This document shows positions 11,025 through 24,689 of a stretch of 64,000 nt of DNA, piece after piece. Source of the stretch: Octopus sinensis (taxonomy: Eukaryota); contig NC_043013.1 of NCBI RefSeq assembly GCF_006345805.1, positions 13,268,001 to 13,332,000 of the forward strand. The letters are read 5' to 3'. The notes under the pieces are model-generated. The model was not told the origin of the DNA, did not search any database, and was given only the letters and a program-made list of their open reading frames with translations. The position numbers and the translations under genes were made by a program. Within the stretch, counting starts at the first letter, position 1; every line of letters begins with the position of its first letter.

Positions 11025-14000
11025 CTTTCTTTATTGGCCACACAGGGCTGAACAGAGAGGGGACAAATACAAATGTAAAGCTTTTCTTTTTGAAAATGAA
11101 AAAGAAAAAGGGAAAAATTGAGAAAAAAAATGTAAAATTCTGATCAAAAGGGATCGGTGGGGGATAAAGACGGTCAAAAGTGATCGTGTATCACAGAAGA
11201 ATTTTTTAAATGTGAAAAGCAAGATTATGTTTATCCGTGGAAAGAAAAGCCTATGGAAAAGACCACGGTATCCTCAGGCAGGGAGGGAATAAACACATGA
11301 GAGCAAAGTGCTCTCTCTCTCTCTACCTCTCTGTTTTCGATTTACAGGATCATGCTCAAAGTAGTTTCGTCACTCACATGCACCATCTATGCTACGTTCA
11401 CCCACCTTTTTTTGAAACTTTCACAAGACAAAACCTACCTCTCCATTCTCACCTTCCTTTTCAAGTGGTACTTGAAAAAGTTGATGAGCGATTGGCCAGA
11501 GAGGTAAGTGTTTGTCTCTAATCCTTTCGCTCGAGTCTACCACACACATTCTTTCACCATGGCTACCATTACGATGAAGACTGTCTTGCCTTTCAAGTTG
11601 AAGGAAGATGGTGGAGCAGTTTGCACGATAGACTCGGCCAACAGGCGGACTTGTCTCACACTTGACAACAGCCGTTTGGCATAAGCCCACAGGTCCGAAA
11701 TGGTTAGAGACTGTATGAGTGCGTGTAGAATGGTTTCATCGTTCTGACTGCATCTCGGGCAAGTCGGTCCAGTGTGTCTCGAACCGTGCCTGTAGAGCTT
11801 ATCCCGAACAGGTAATGCTTTTGGATAGCACTGCCAGGCCAGGGATCTTTGGTGATTGTCCATAGGTCCCGGCCCGAAAGGTGTTCTGAACAGGCAGGTC
11901 AGGTGTTCCTCATCGACGCCCAGATTCTGCCCAAGAATGTCATCGCACCTCCCCTCCACTAAGCCTCTATAGAATTCCTTTGTTGTAATGAAGTCACACA
12001 AGTTTGGTCCCGGACAGCAGAGTTGCTTGACAGCAATGCGACACTCACAGTCCCATTCACCTAGCCTCGGTCTCTGTTTATTCCACAACTGCAGTTCAGC
12101 CAAGAAGATGAGCTGCAGGAAAGCACACCACACAAACAGCGACCACACGTCTATGAAGTGCCGAAGATGACACAGTCTCAGCGCATCATCAACCACCTCA
12201 TGCCTAGCCCTCCATTTAGCGGGTGTTGACAGCAAATGGACTGCTTAACCATTGGAATGCTTCCCTTCCACAAAAAATGGAAGAGTATGCGTTCCAGTTT
12301 GGTGATGGTAGGGTTGGGACAAGGCACGATGGTCAGATGATAATTGATGACGGATGTGATGTATGCGACCTTTTAGGCCACTCTAGTCTTTATTTCGCCC
12401 CAGTTCTTCTTCATTTGGAAATCTGAACCGAATCAGACCCTGAGCAATTGAACCGGTCTGTTGGTCAAACGTCCAATGATGGAGACACTGTTGGATGGCA
12501 TGGGCTTGCTTCTCCAGGTGCCGAGCCGCAAGCCCACTGACTTTTCTCGATTAACTTTTGCTCCCATTACCGCTTCATGTTCTTTTAGTGTCTCTCCGAC
12601 CAGGTCGATGTGCTTGTGGCTTGACATTATGATGGTGACGTCGTCCACATATGCAGACACGCTCCTCTCACAACCCAGCATGCCCCTCAGCATTGCCAGC
12701 TTCCACAATAGTGGCTGAAGAGTCAAAACATACAGAAGCAACGAGAGGGGGCATCCTTGATGAACCAAACGCATGATGTTAAATGATCTGGATAGATGAC
12801 CATTTACGCGAAATACCGAGCGGATGCCGCTGTATAAGGCAGCGATCCAACCACAGAAGACGGCACTGAAACCAGCTGCTTTGAGGACAGCCTCCAAGTA
12901 GTGATGGTCTACCCTATCAAAAGCTTTTGATTGATCTAAATTGATCATCACCCCACCCATGCCAGGTTCCTTAACTACCCTGTCTATGATGTAGTGCATC
13001 AGATGGAGGTTGACCCCTCTTGTTTGTCCTCTCTATGTTTAGCCCCTTGTGGGCAATAAAGAAATAAGATGGAGGTTGTCATGGATACTCCTATCTGGCA
13101 TGGCGCGCGTTTGTGCCTTGTCGAATAGTTTCTTGATGACAGGCGCCAACCTCTTGGCTAATACCTTGGCCAAAATTTTTAAATCTGCGTTGAGCAGAGT
13201 GATGGACCTGAAGTTATCTACGTCGTTTCCCTTGTTTGGATCACTACTCCTTGCTTTACAAAGACTGGGATATTTCCGTTTTGCTGCCAGTTGCAGTAGA
13301 CAGCTACCAAGATGCCTCCAAGTAAGTTTGGCATATGGCAATAAAGTTCATAGGGCAGACCATCCAAGCCTGGTGACTTGTCTCTCGCGCAGCCTGCCAT
13401 CACATCCCATACATCTGCGGCTGTGATGGGTCTTTCACAACACTCCGCCTCTCTTGCTGAGAGTCGTGGCAGGCCACTAAGGTAGGCACTAAAGACCACT
13501 CTGCATTCTGACCCACCAGTTGTCCTGAACAGTCGGGCAAAGTGTTGTTAAAAGGCCTCACACATCTTTTCAGGCTCAAGTAATTCACACCCCTCTTCAT
13601 CTGTAAGTGACCTAATGGTGGCTCTATTGCCTCGTTGCACCTCCGCCACTTGGGCCTCTTGGGTGGCTCCAACTCCTTTATTCCTCAGAGCATGCATCCT
13701 AGATCTGACATTGTATCCTTCGTGTTTCGTGTTGAAGTGTTGGTCGGGGGCCAACCTCACTGCCAGTACATTGGATGTGATGCCAGATCTAAGTGCCTCT
13801 TCTATTTTCTTAACTAACTTTCCCTCTATTCTATTTCGGTCTAATGTTAGGGCCTTATTGTACCTCACTGATTTTACTTTAATTGCTTTCTTTAGGGCAT
13901 ACCACCATCTGTTGTTGATGATGGCACCTGTCAATGCCCTCTTAACTAATATGCTAATCCAGTCCCTGTAAGCCTGGCATGCTGTGAACGACATGTTCAG

Positions 14001-14700
14001 CTTCCAGTAACTGGGACTCCCCCTATATGTCTTAACTAAGTCAAGTGTACAAGTCACAAGTTTGTGGTCTGTGTAGCTGACTATATGGAATTGTGGACAA
14101 CCTACACTAACTTTATCCACTGTCCTACAGAATACTTAAGTACAATCTGGATGACCCAATGTAGTTGCTTCATGTCCACATTGGCACATTCAGGTGGTCC
14201 AGTCGTTTCCTGTCAAATAGTTGAAAATATCTGAGCAGGTCTTTGAGGCATTTGCATCTCCACATAGTCTAGATGCGTGTCCAGGTAGTGTTCCAATCCC
14301 CCAGTAAAAGTAAAGGTTGAGACATACCCAGGAAAACCTCTAGACGTCGAAAGAAATCTGGCCGGCCTGTTAAGGATGGTGCATAAACTGTAATCAGTCA
14401 AAAAGCACACCCATTGCTGCCATTGACATCCAAACAACCAGCCTACCCTCCGGGTCTAGGAAAATTGCTCTTACTTTGAGGTCCAGACACTTCCGAAGAA
14501 GCACCACGGTGCCACCTCTGCCCATTCTCGGCAGACATGGAAAAAATGTTGAAATGTCCGCCGAACATGTGCTGGAGTGCCCGCAGGCTGTGGAGTCTGG
14601 TCTCACTGATAGAGTCTGGTCTGCAGATTTTGTGACTTGATGTCGTTTAACAGGTAGCCTTGTTTCCAAGGTGACCCCAAGCCATGTACATTTATACTGC
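11025..14700 (-). mobile_element. Tx1/L1-clade LINE ORF2 relic (APE, RT, C-terminal zinc-binding region), with a SINE tail inserted at about 13005-13068
   Basis: Fragments read RGSPSYWKLN; RDKSPGLDGLPYELY; NFRSITLLNADLKILAKVLAKRL; INLDQSKAFDRVDH; QGCPLS; AYVDDVT; CPRCSQNDETILHAL. Confidence 0.88.
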
Positions 14701-16236
14701 CAATGTTGAGCATGTTCCTATTGAAAGTTGTGTGTAGACATGTATATATAATGCGTATATATGTACATATTTAATGCGTATGTGTATATATATTTATGTG
14801 TGTGTGTGTAATGTGTGCATATGTGGTCGGACTGAGCTGAAAATATGCACACCTATGTTAAAAGTGCTAGCGAGTTTGCATGGCACCTTTGAGTTTGCTC
14901 AATTGAAAGGCATGGCCTCTAGGACAAAATACCTCATCTTTTAAAATGTGACCCGCATAGACCCAAATGAAATCGGGTTATAATACCGAAACAAGCAAAA
15001 CAATAATAAACTATTTTAATCCTAAGTAAGGCCGGGTATATCTGTCTAATCTATAAAATGAAGAAGGCGAACAGTGATACAAATTGATTTTTATGTAAAA
15101 AGGGGTCTAAATGGGGCTGGATGAGGATTAAAATTTACAGGAGGGGGTAACTTGAGGTGAGAAATTGATTGGAAGACATTTTGGGGCGCTACAGTGGTTG
15201 TTTTGGTGTGCAAACGGGGATTTTATTGATTTCTGGGGGACACTTGGGGGTCTAGATTGGACACCTTTTGCCCAACTTCAATTAAATTTTCAACATGGTA
15301 AAGTGGAAGCGGATTTGTAATTTAAGCGCGGAAATCTAATTTTTTTTATAAATGGGAGAGAGATAGATAAAGATAGAGAGTAAGAGAAAGCAAGGGAGAG
15401 TCTGAGAGAAAGGAGGAGTAAGAGAGTGGGAAAGTGAGAGAGAAAGGAGAGAGAAACAAAGAGGGAACATGTGGTGATAAGAAACAGAAAGTAACAACCC
15501 TCACCCATGCGTAGAGTGGGTCACCTTAAGCTAGTCCATTTATATATTTGTTGTCAAGACTTCTGCCCGTCCCCTCCCAAAAACCACCCTTCAAAAAAAA
15601 TTTTTTTTTTTTACACAAACCTGCTCCTTTTTGGCTATGGGAAATACGAATATGCAAAAAAATTGGCAAAAATCAGCATTTTTAAATTACCCCCACCCCC
15701 ATTTACTTCATTTTTTTACTTTTTTCAGAATTTTCTTTCCCCAAAATATGTGGAAAAATACAGAGATTATGATTCTGAAAAAATTTCCAAAAATTTTTGT
15801 AAAACTCTTTTTTAAGAATTTTTTTTTCTAAATATGCGGAAAAATTTGCAAGAAAATATAATTCTCAAAATTTGCTAAGATATTATTAATATTGTTATTA
15901 TCTGGAATGACTATTTTAAAAACTGACAACAGATTTAATATATAGGTGATTGCAGGCCCAAGAAAAGCATTAAATAGCTGAAGGATTAAAATTAAAATTA
16001 ATCAATGCCTTCTTTTTTTCTGTCGAGGGTTTATATGCCCCTTTATTAGACTATTTTCCTTAGTCATTGCACGGTGATCGCCATAAGCTTTAAGCTTATA
16101 TAAAAATACTATTATTATAGCTATCTATCTGTCTGTCTGTCTATCTGTTTACATATATATATATCCATCCATATAGGCTATCTTGTTCTCGTAACGAAAG
16201 ATCGCCACTTTTGAATAAAACTTAAATTTTACGCCA

Positions 16237-16470
16237 TAAGGCGGCGAGCTAGCAGAAACGTTAGCACACTGGGCGAAATGCGTAGCCGTATTTCGTCTGT
16301 CATATCATTCTGAGTTCAAATTCCACCGAGGTGGACATTGCCTTTCATCCTTTCGGGGTCGATAAATAAAGTACCAGTTTCCAAAAGGGTTGATGTAATT
16401 GACTTAATCCCTTTGTCTGTCCTTGTTTGTCCCCTCTATGTTTAGCCCATTGTGGGCAGTAAAGAAATAC
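16237..16470 (+). mobile_element. tRNA-head SINE (aaggcggcgagctagcagaa... family)
   Basis: tRNA-like head with B-box-like gagttcaaattcc. Related copies lie at about 32760-32955 and 33945-34085. Confidence 0.7.
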
Positions 16471-16744
16471 ATTAATAATTTGAAATGCAGGATATATATA
16501 CTTGTGTGCATGTGTGTGTGTGTGAGTGCATACGCATGTGTGAACTGATCTATTTTACGGTATAATTTCTTTTTGCCAGTTACCTCTTTCCAACTTCCGT
16601 CTTAATTTCTTCTCTTTCTTCGCCTCTCACCTTTTATCTCTGGCTGAAACACCTTTTGTCTATTCCTCATGCTAAGTTTAAAAGTAAAGACTGAAAATGG
16701 TTACTGTAGTTCGCTGGAAGCATTGTATATTGTTTTTGAAATGT

Positions 16745-18440
16745 AATGTGTCTTGAGTGGACAATAATAGCTGTTAAATAATTTAATTATTCATAGTCTA
16801 ATATAATATTTCGGAATATAAAAATTCATTCTTCAGATATTGCTCGGAAATTATCGAGTCACTGTTATAATCGGTTTTCCAACGGTTACTGAATTTTTTT
16901 CGGAAGTGTGTCTGTAGTGGTCTCACGAAGCCCCTTCCAAAACTCCTTTTGAGAAGTGCACAAGGGCAGCCCTTTCTTGAGTTTATGTGTGTTGGCATTT
17001 CCGTAGCGCTGCTTCTAAGTTATGTATTATACATGCATTTTTTTTATACATAAGCATGTTACCATTGTACATGAGACATGTCAATGTAGTTAAATAATAG
17101 TGATTGTTAATTTCCAATCTGTTGTTAATTTGAGGCCCCTAGTCTGTCTATGAGGATAGCTTCTTTAATTCTTAAATTTCCTAAATTTCTGTCATTGGCT
17201 TCAATTGTGATTGTTATGCTTTTGTCTGGAAGTTTTCTGAAGGAGGGGGCTCATGTTTAGTTCTTTGGTGCGAATGTGTAATCTACACACCGAAAAACCT
17301 CCACAGCTATTGACCAATGCTTCAAGCACTGTGTTGACCAAGAGAAGAAACGCCTCAAACTTAAATTCTTGTAGCTTTGTACCAAATACTGCCACAACTC
17401 AGTCTATTACACTGACACAGATAAATGGGACATCCACTGATCAAGATAACCCTAACATCAGGGGCACCAGCATACCATCAACAATGAAACCCCTAGTCAC
17501 ACACTTGAGTGGGTCACTCTCCCATGAAGAGCTAGAACTCATCAGTCTGGGCCCTAAATTTATCTTGAGCCAACAGCCGAACAAGAAAATCTTACTCAAC
17601 CTGGAAGCCTACCTTTTCCTGAACAGCCGATCAACTCAAATGGCAATTGGTAATAAAGAGAAACAGCAACAACACACTCAGTAAATTTCCAACGTACAAA
17701 CTAGACCACCCACTCCTTCCCCCCCCCCCACCCCAACAAACTGAGAACCCAACCACAAACTATCCGCGACACAGATTTATGCCAACAAGTAAATGCTGTG
17801 TATAGAATCCAATGTAACAAATGCAACAATTTCTAAGTGGGTGGCACAACCAGACTGTCACACATTCGCATCAAAGAATATTTAAACACGTGAGCCTCCT
17901 CCTTCAGAAAACATCTGGACAGATGCCAGAACACTGACAAAAACATAACAATCACAATTGAAGCCAATGACAGAAATTTCAGAATTAAAGAAGCTATCCT
18001 CACAGACAGATTAGGGCCCCAAATTAACAACAGGTTGGAAATTAGCAATCACTATATTATTTTACATTGACATCCTGCACGCACAATAGTAACATGCTTA
18101 TGTATAAAAAAATGCACGTATAATACATAACTTAGAAGCAATGTTGCAGATATGCCAACACACATAAGCTTGAGACATGGCCACCCTCAAGCACTCCTCA
18201 TGAGGAATTTCAGAAGGAGCTTCATGAGACCACTGCAGAGACACTTCCAAAAAAAGAAAAAAAAATCAGTAACCGTTTGAAAACTAATTATAACAGTGAC
18301 TCGATTAATTCCAAGCAATATCTGAAGAATGAATTTTTATATTCCTAAATATTATATTAGACTATAAATAATTAAATTATTTCACAGTTATTACAGTCCA
18401 CTCAGCATTGTTGAGCCATTCAAGACACATTACATTTCAT
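16745..18440 (+). mobile_element. Internally deleted Penelope-like element with an inverted copy of its 3' end (about 500-bp imperfect arms)
   Basis: About 16745-17330 is the reverse complement of about 17850-18440. The middle encodes a PLE N-terminal fragment (EELELISLGPKF) and a GIY-YIG remnant (NAVYRIQCNKCNNF.VGGTTR..HIRIKEY). Confidence 0.75.
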
Positions 18441-18523
18441 AAAGCCTGAACTATAAGATGCTTCACTCATTATGATAGGCTCATTTTACTAATCTGGAAT
18501 TTTCTCATTTTCTGATTTTGCAG

Positions 18524-18551
18524 ATCAGCTGACGATTCATGGCTAGAAAAT
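18524..18551 (+). CDS. Micro-exon B2 (28 nt, phase 2->0): SADDSWLEN
   Basis: Context ttttctgattttgcAG|ATCAGCTGACGATTCATGGCTAGAAAAT|GTaagt, in frame with A2 and A3. Confidence 0.68.
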
Positions 18552-19173
18552 GTAAGTCATTTAAAACTTTCATGTATGCTTAATTAGTTCTGTTTGTATA
18601 AATTATGATGAAATTTTTGTTGAGAATTTCATCAATGCATTTGTATAAAAGGAATTTTGTATATCCTGTTTATGAATATTTTTATATATTTTCTCATCTT
18701 GGTACAAGCTACTATTTCTGATACTGGTAGCCCAAGCTATGATTCTTCAGACGGGAAGACCTAACTACTATTTTCCAATAAGTAGAACTGTTTGCGTTAT
18801 CTCCTATTGGTAGATCCAGCAACTATATTTCATATATTTACAGCAGTCTTCTATGTTTTTAAATATTATTATGGTCAGTGTATTAGTTTCCATTTTAATA
18901 TGGCTGGATACTATTTATAATATTAGAAGAACCAGCTACTGTATACCATATTGTTAGACCAGGCTAGTATTTTTGATATTTGAATAAGTTGCTAGTTTTT
19001 ACATTATACAGGTCTTTGAAAGAAAAGTTTCTGAAAACTGTTTTGATAATTTTATGTTACTTCATAGAATGTTTGTGGTGGTCATTTGAAATATCAAAAT
19101 TACTCTTTCCTATCACTTAATGTTTTCCTACAATCCAATGAGAAGAGAATATCATAATCTGTAGATAAATACA

Positions 19174-19217
<44 letters not shown>

Positions 19218-19826
19218 TGTATTTTTATATATCTATGTGTGTGTCTGTGTTTGTACCCTACCATTGCATAACCGATGTTGGTGTGTTTATGTCCCTGTAA
19301 GTTAGCGGTTCAGCAAAAAGAACCAATAGAATAGGTACTAGGCTTACAAAGAATAGTCTATCTGGCTTATGTGCCCACCAGACTGATTAGTGATTAGGTG
19401 GATGGCTGGTTTTCTGAGAGGTTGTTTAAAATATTGATTGTAAAATATTTACCACGACTGGAGGTGCAATTTTCTGTCAAGTCTTACACAAATGTTTAAA
19501 ATGATTAAATAAAATAGTTATCATCATGTGAAACTATTTTGATCCAGACGATTTCATCCATTCAAATCTCATATCAAAACCAGTGTACCACACTAAAAAC
19601 TGTAAATAGGAAAAAAGAAATCGTATATCTCTGTTAATAGCTATTGGATTATCTCCACCAGATAATCTTGGCTACATTTATATCTTAAACGTGTACACTT
19701 TGTATTCAATTATGTTTCTCTGCATAAATTGTTGTAAAAATTTAATCTATGTATTATTTCATTAATGTCAGAAGTTTGAACTCCATTATTCCTTCTAACG
19801 TTTGCTATTCTTTCTCTTATTTTCAG

Positions 19827-19858
19827 GAACCTGAAATAGACCAACTATTCACAAAAAT
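19827..19858 (+). CDS. Micro-exon A3 (32 nt, phase 0->2): EPEIDQLFTK
   Basis: Context ctcttattttcAG|GAACCTGAAATAGACCAACTATTCACAAAAAT|GTaatg. Flanks at 19390-20380 are homologous to the other A modules. Confidence 0.62.
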
Positions 19859-19901
19859 GTAATGCAATAAATATGTCCTTATATTTGATAATAAATAAGT
19901 G

Positions 19902-19939
<38 letters not shown>

Positions 19940-20739
19940 ATGATTTCAACTATGGTGTATAGTGAATTTAAGAACTTTGCTTAGCTCAGATTATCCCAGT
20001 AAATACTAAACAAAAAACTTTTGGGGATGTCGATAATGCAAAGAAAAAAAAAAGAAACGAACAACGGAGATTACTCTTATGATCAGTTGATTGTTAATTT
20101 CCTTAAAACATTTTTTCATGTGTCGGAAATGCAATAAACTGCTCAACTTTCAAACCTGATTCCATTAGGACACAGGTATTATTTCTGAATAGTAGAAGAA
20201 TTAAAATAAAGCAGAGAGGTCAGAAAAGCAAAATTTGGTTGGCGTTTAAGATAACAATCCATCATTTCTCTACGCTTACTTGTCTTAACACAGCTATAGA
20301 TTTATTGATTTTAAAAATCAGACATATTTTTTTATTGGTGAAAGAAGTTAGATTTTTGTGATACTGATTTCTTTCTCTACTATGAACAATAATAATTCTC
20401 CACTACCTTCTACTAAAATTCATATATACCATCAACCCACTTCCTGTGTCTGTTACCATCTTAGCCTGAAATAACAGTATTTTCTTTAATTTCTCTCTTC
20501 TTTACCTAAATAGAAGGGCTGATACTTGAAGCATTGATGATTTATTCCCTTTCGAATTAACTTAATATACTGACTTCATTATATTTTTTATCAAATGTTT
20601 GTTATTTGTTCAAATGTAAACATGCTTGCATCTAGTTATAACTGATTTGCATAACAGTAAAAGGTTGATGACTAGATGATACTACACTATGGGTTAGGAA
20701 TAAATAAATATATGTAATATATATATTGGTACCCTGTCA

Positions 20740-21045
20740 GTTACAATGATTTGGGTTCCAGTTGATCCGATCAATGGATCAGCTTGCTCAGGAAATTAGC
20801 ACTGCAAGTGGCTGAGCATTCCTTAGACACACGTACCTTTGTTGCAGTTCTCACGGAGATTCAGCATGACACACTGAATGTCACAAGGCTGGCCTTTTGC
20901 AATATGGGAACAACTCATTTTTTCCAGCTGCATTGACTGAAGCAACACGAAATAAAGTGTCTTGCCCAAGCACACAGTGCACTGTTAGATATCAGACTGA
21001 AGACCTTATGATCATGGGCCAAATACCCCAACCACTAAGCCACAC
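20740..21045 (-). mobile_element. tRNA-derived SINE
   Basis: Reverse complement starts gtgtggcttagtggttgg (A-box-like) and contains the core tgggcaagacactttattt. Confidence 0.6.
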
Positions 21046-21189
21046 ATCTTCACATATATGCGATGATAGCCAAATGGATTCTATGAATTTTGATGAATTG
21101 CAAAAAAACAATAAAACTAGTCACTTTGATTCTTATCCTAAATGGCTGAGACCTCATCTGACATAATTGCAAAGAAACACTAAATATAT

Positions 21190-21524
21190 AGGCGCAGGAG
21201 TGGCTGTGTGGTATGTAGCTTGCTTGCCAACTACATGGTTCCAGGTTCAGTCCCATTGTGAGGCACCTTGAGCAAGTGTCTTCTACTATAGCCTTGGGCC
21301 AACCAAAGCCTTGTGAGTGGATTTGGTAGATGGAAACTGTAAGAAGCTCGTCGTATATATGTATATATATGTGTGTGTCTGTGTTTGTTCCCCCCACCCC
21401 CAGCAACATCACTTGACATGTGATGCTGGTGTGTTTCCGTCCCCGTAACTTAGCAGTTCAGCAAAAAGAGACCAATAGAATAAGTACCAGGCTTACAAGG
21501 AACAAGTCCTGGAGCGGGGGGGGG
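21190..21524 (+). mobile_element. tRNA-derived SINE (ggcgcaggagtggctgtgtggt... family), cut by the gap
   Basis: A/B-box-like head (ggttcagtccc). Same family as 44580-44920 and the partial copy at 19240-19355. Confidence 0.75.
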
Positions 21525-21624
21525 NNNNNNNNNNNNNNNNNNNNNNNNNNNNNNNNNNNNNNNNNNNNNNNNNNNNNNNNNNNNNNNNNNNNNNNNNNNN
21601 NNNNNNNNNNNNNNNNNNNNNNNN
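21525..21624. other. Assembly gap (exactly 100 N, size and orientation across it uncertain)
   Basis: Run of 100 N. Confidence 0.99.
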
Positions 21625-21639
21625 TTGTTTCCTAATTCC

Positions 21640-23260
21640 TTGCTCCTAGAAAGTATGGAAAAATGGCTCTAATATTTGCTTCAAACTTGCTTCTGTTACA
21701 TTTATTGAAACCCCAGAGAGAATTCCCTTGAAGTCAAAAAAAATGGAAATGATGTAAAGATCCTCCTGAAATAATGAGTAGATGGGAGAGAATGCTTTGC
21801 AGATCTTTTCCACAGTCCTTCTGTGGTAAACATGGATGTCATAAATAACATTCCGCAAAGAGAGCTAGTGTAGCACATGACTAAAACACTTTCAACAGAA
21901 GAAATTAAATCTGGCATTGTATAAATTGAAATCAGTTAAAGTTCCTGGATGGTGGTGGGAATCATATTTCATCAGAAATTCATAGCCTTTTAAGAATAAA
22001 GGGCCAAAATCAGTGTGTAGTAGTATTCTAAAGGGATAACACCACTGGAACATACTGGGTAGATACTTCCAAGGATCATGTTAAATCGTCACATTGAAAT
22101 GTGTGTCACCATGCAATTTCCGAGAAAACAGTGTGGTTTCAGACCTGAGCAAGGAACAACGGAAATGATATTTTCTGTGAGGCAGGTTCAGGAGAAATGC
22201 ATAGGGGAACAAATGCCACTATACAAGGTCTTCATAAATTTAACCAAGGCATTTGCCACAATAAACAGAGAGGCTCTGTAGATCGTTTTGTGCAAACTTG
22301 GTTGCCCAACACATTTTGTATGAATCTATAAGAACTACATAGAAATGTGAAGGTCAGGTGGTCTTTAATGGGGAGCTATCTTGTGAATTTTCGGTGAAGA
22401 ACGGTGTCAAACAGGGAGACATTCCTGTTCCTTGACGCTTCTCTATGTGTGTTGCTACATTGATTTGGTATGCCTTCAACGATTGCAACAGGGGAATCAG
22501 GATCGGATTTCGGATATCTAGTCACATTTATAATTGACCTGATCTAAATGCAAAGCAAAGACTTCTAAAACGCTTGTTAGAGAATTGTTTTACGCTGTTG
22601 GTGCTGATTTGTTTGGGACACTCAGAGGAGGATATTCGACAAATAACAGACAGATCTTTCACTACATATGCACTTTTCGGTTTCACAATTAGTCTTGGGA
22701 AAATCAAAGTAATGTTTGCTCCCGCTCTCTGGGCAAATATATTCTGAATCAAACATTTTTGTGAACGGAACAAGGTTAGAAGTCATTGATTCTTTTATAT
22801 ATTTGGAAGCACACTGTCAAGAGATGTTGGTCTTGATGTAGAGATGTACTATCAAATAGGAAAGGCAAATGTTGCATTTGGAGAACTGGAAAAACGAGTA
22901 TGATTGGATAGTGGTATTTCCTTGCAAACAAAAACCGATGTCTATAAAACATGTGTATTGACTGCACTTTTTTTTATTCAAGTGAGATGTGAACCACCCA
23001 GAGGCGTCATATGAAAATACTGGAGCGATTTCACCAAAAGTGAAATGGATGCTCTGGATTGGAACAAGTGGAGAAGTGCTGTTGCAAGACTTGGAACAAA
23101 AAGATGATTCAGTGCTTTGAGCTTAAAAAGGTTCTGTCAGAAAGGAAGAATTGTAACCGAAATCGACAGTGAATATTGGCTATGTATTGTGTGCAATCGC
23201 GTTCTGTTGTCAAAAGCAGAAATGTAAATAATATGAAGTCACATGAAAGTTGGAATACTC
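21640..23260 (+). mobile_element. Decayed RTE-clade LINE (RT and 3' end)
   Basis: QCGFRPEQGTTEMIFSVRQVQEKC...FINLTKAFATINREAL; GVKQG; C-terminal zinc-knuckle remnant. Confidence 0.82.
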
Positions 23261-24236
23261 AGGCAGATAATAATCTTGAACCCTGGCCATTTTAACAACG
23301 TATAACATGTCACAAAATTTGTAAGATAATATCTAGACTTAATATACGTATGCTGGTTCATAAAAAACATTCCTTCAGAATCAGGTTCCAGAGGACAACA
23401 AAGTAAAAGAGATTTGATTATCTATCACTTGTGTTTTATATCGTCAGTTAGCAGCTGGCCCCAAAAGGTCATCTGAGGGTTCATCAATTGAAAGATTTTG
23501 CCATGTGATGGGGTACTGTGTGTGCGTTGATGGGATAGCTATCATCTGTCAAGATGAAGAAGTACATCATCATCATCATCATCATCATCATTATCAGAAG
23601 AAAAAAACAACAATGCACGAGAACGTGGTACATACAAAGTATTATTTAGATGCTCACAGAAGGAAAAAAAGGCTGTCTTATATTTCGAGCAAAGCTCTTC
23701 TTCAGAAACAGGAGACAGAGGAAAGTCCAAGAGAAAAGGAAGATAGAAGAAAAAAATCACCAACAATTCACATGTAGTTACGTTTTGGAATGACCAGAAG
23801 GAGATAGACAAAGAAAAAGTTCTTTCTAAGACAGGAGAGTGTAAAAGGAGGGATATATGTGTATCTGTAAGTATATGCGTGTGTGTGATAGCATGTGTGT
23901 ATGTGTTTGTGTGTGTATATGTGTGTGTAGCAGTAACTGAGTGTGTGAGTGTATGTGGGTGGTGGTAACTGCGTGTGTGTGCATATGTGTTGTAAGTGGT
24001 AATAACTGTTTATATGTATGTGTGAGTGATCTTTGTATCTGTTAACGCTGGAGGAAGAATTCGGCAGCAATGGTACCAGAAGTAGTGGTCTTTGGTGTAG
24101 TTGTGTGGGCGCATATATCATGTATGTATTAATTTCATCCTTGTGTACAAGTCGAAGCGGTGGTTTTGAGTCGTTTTGACTGCCATCTTTCACCTGCTGG
24201 TGCTACAAGTATTACCTTCATTTTACTATATATATA

Positions 24237-24280
<44 letters not shown>

Positions 24281-24689
24281 TATATATTAATATATATATA
24301 TAAGCAATAATAAATCTCTGAACGAGATGTAAACAGTAAGCGCTCGACAACGTAAAGTATACTAGCCATCTCAATATGGCTAACCACTTGGGGTGGGTGT
24401 TACTGTAGCTTTTTAGCCCCAGGAGATCATCGTCTCCAGCTGGCTTTAGACACAATTTCTGTGCCCTTATGATATTTGCAAAGGGAAGTCATCCCCTCTC
24501 GTAAACCTAAGTGATACGCATGGACTGCAGTTTCGAGATTATTGTCTCTTGTCAACACACGGTAATCACCGGTTTTCGATGAGGAGAGACCTGTTTGCGA
24601 ATATCTATTTAATGTTTTTCCCAGTAACCACTGTCACTGATTTCGAAAAACGGTCTGAAAGCAATAATAAATCTCTGAACGAGATTTTA

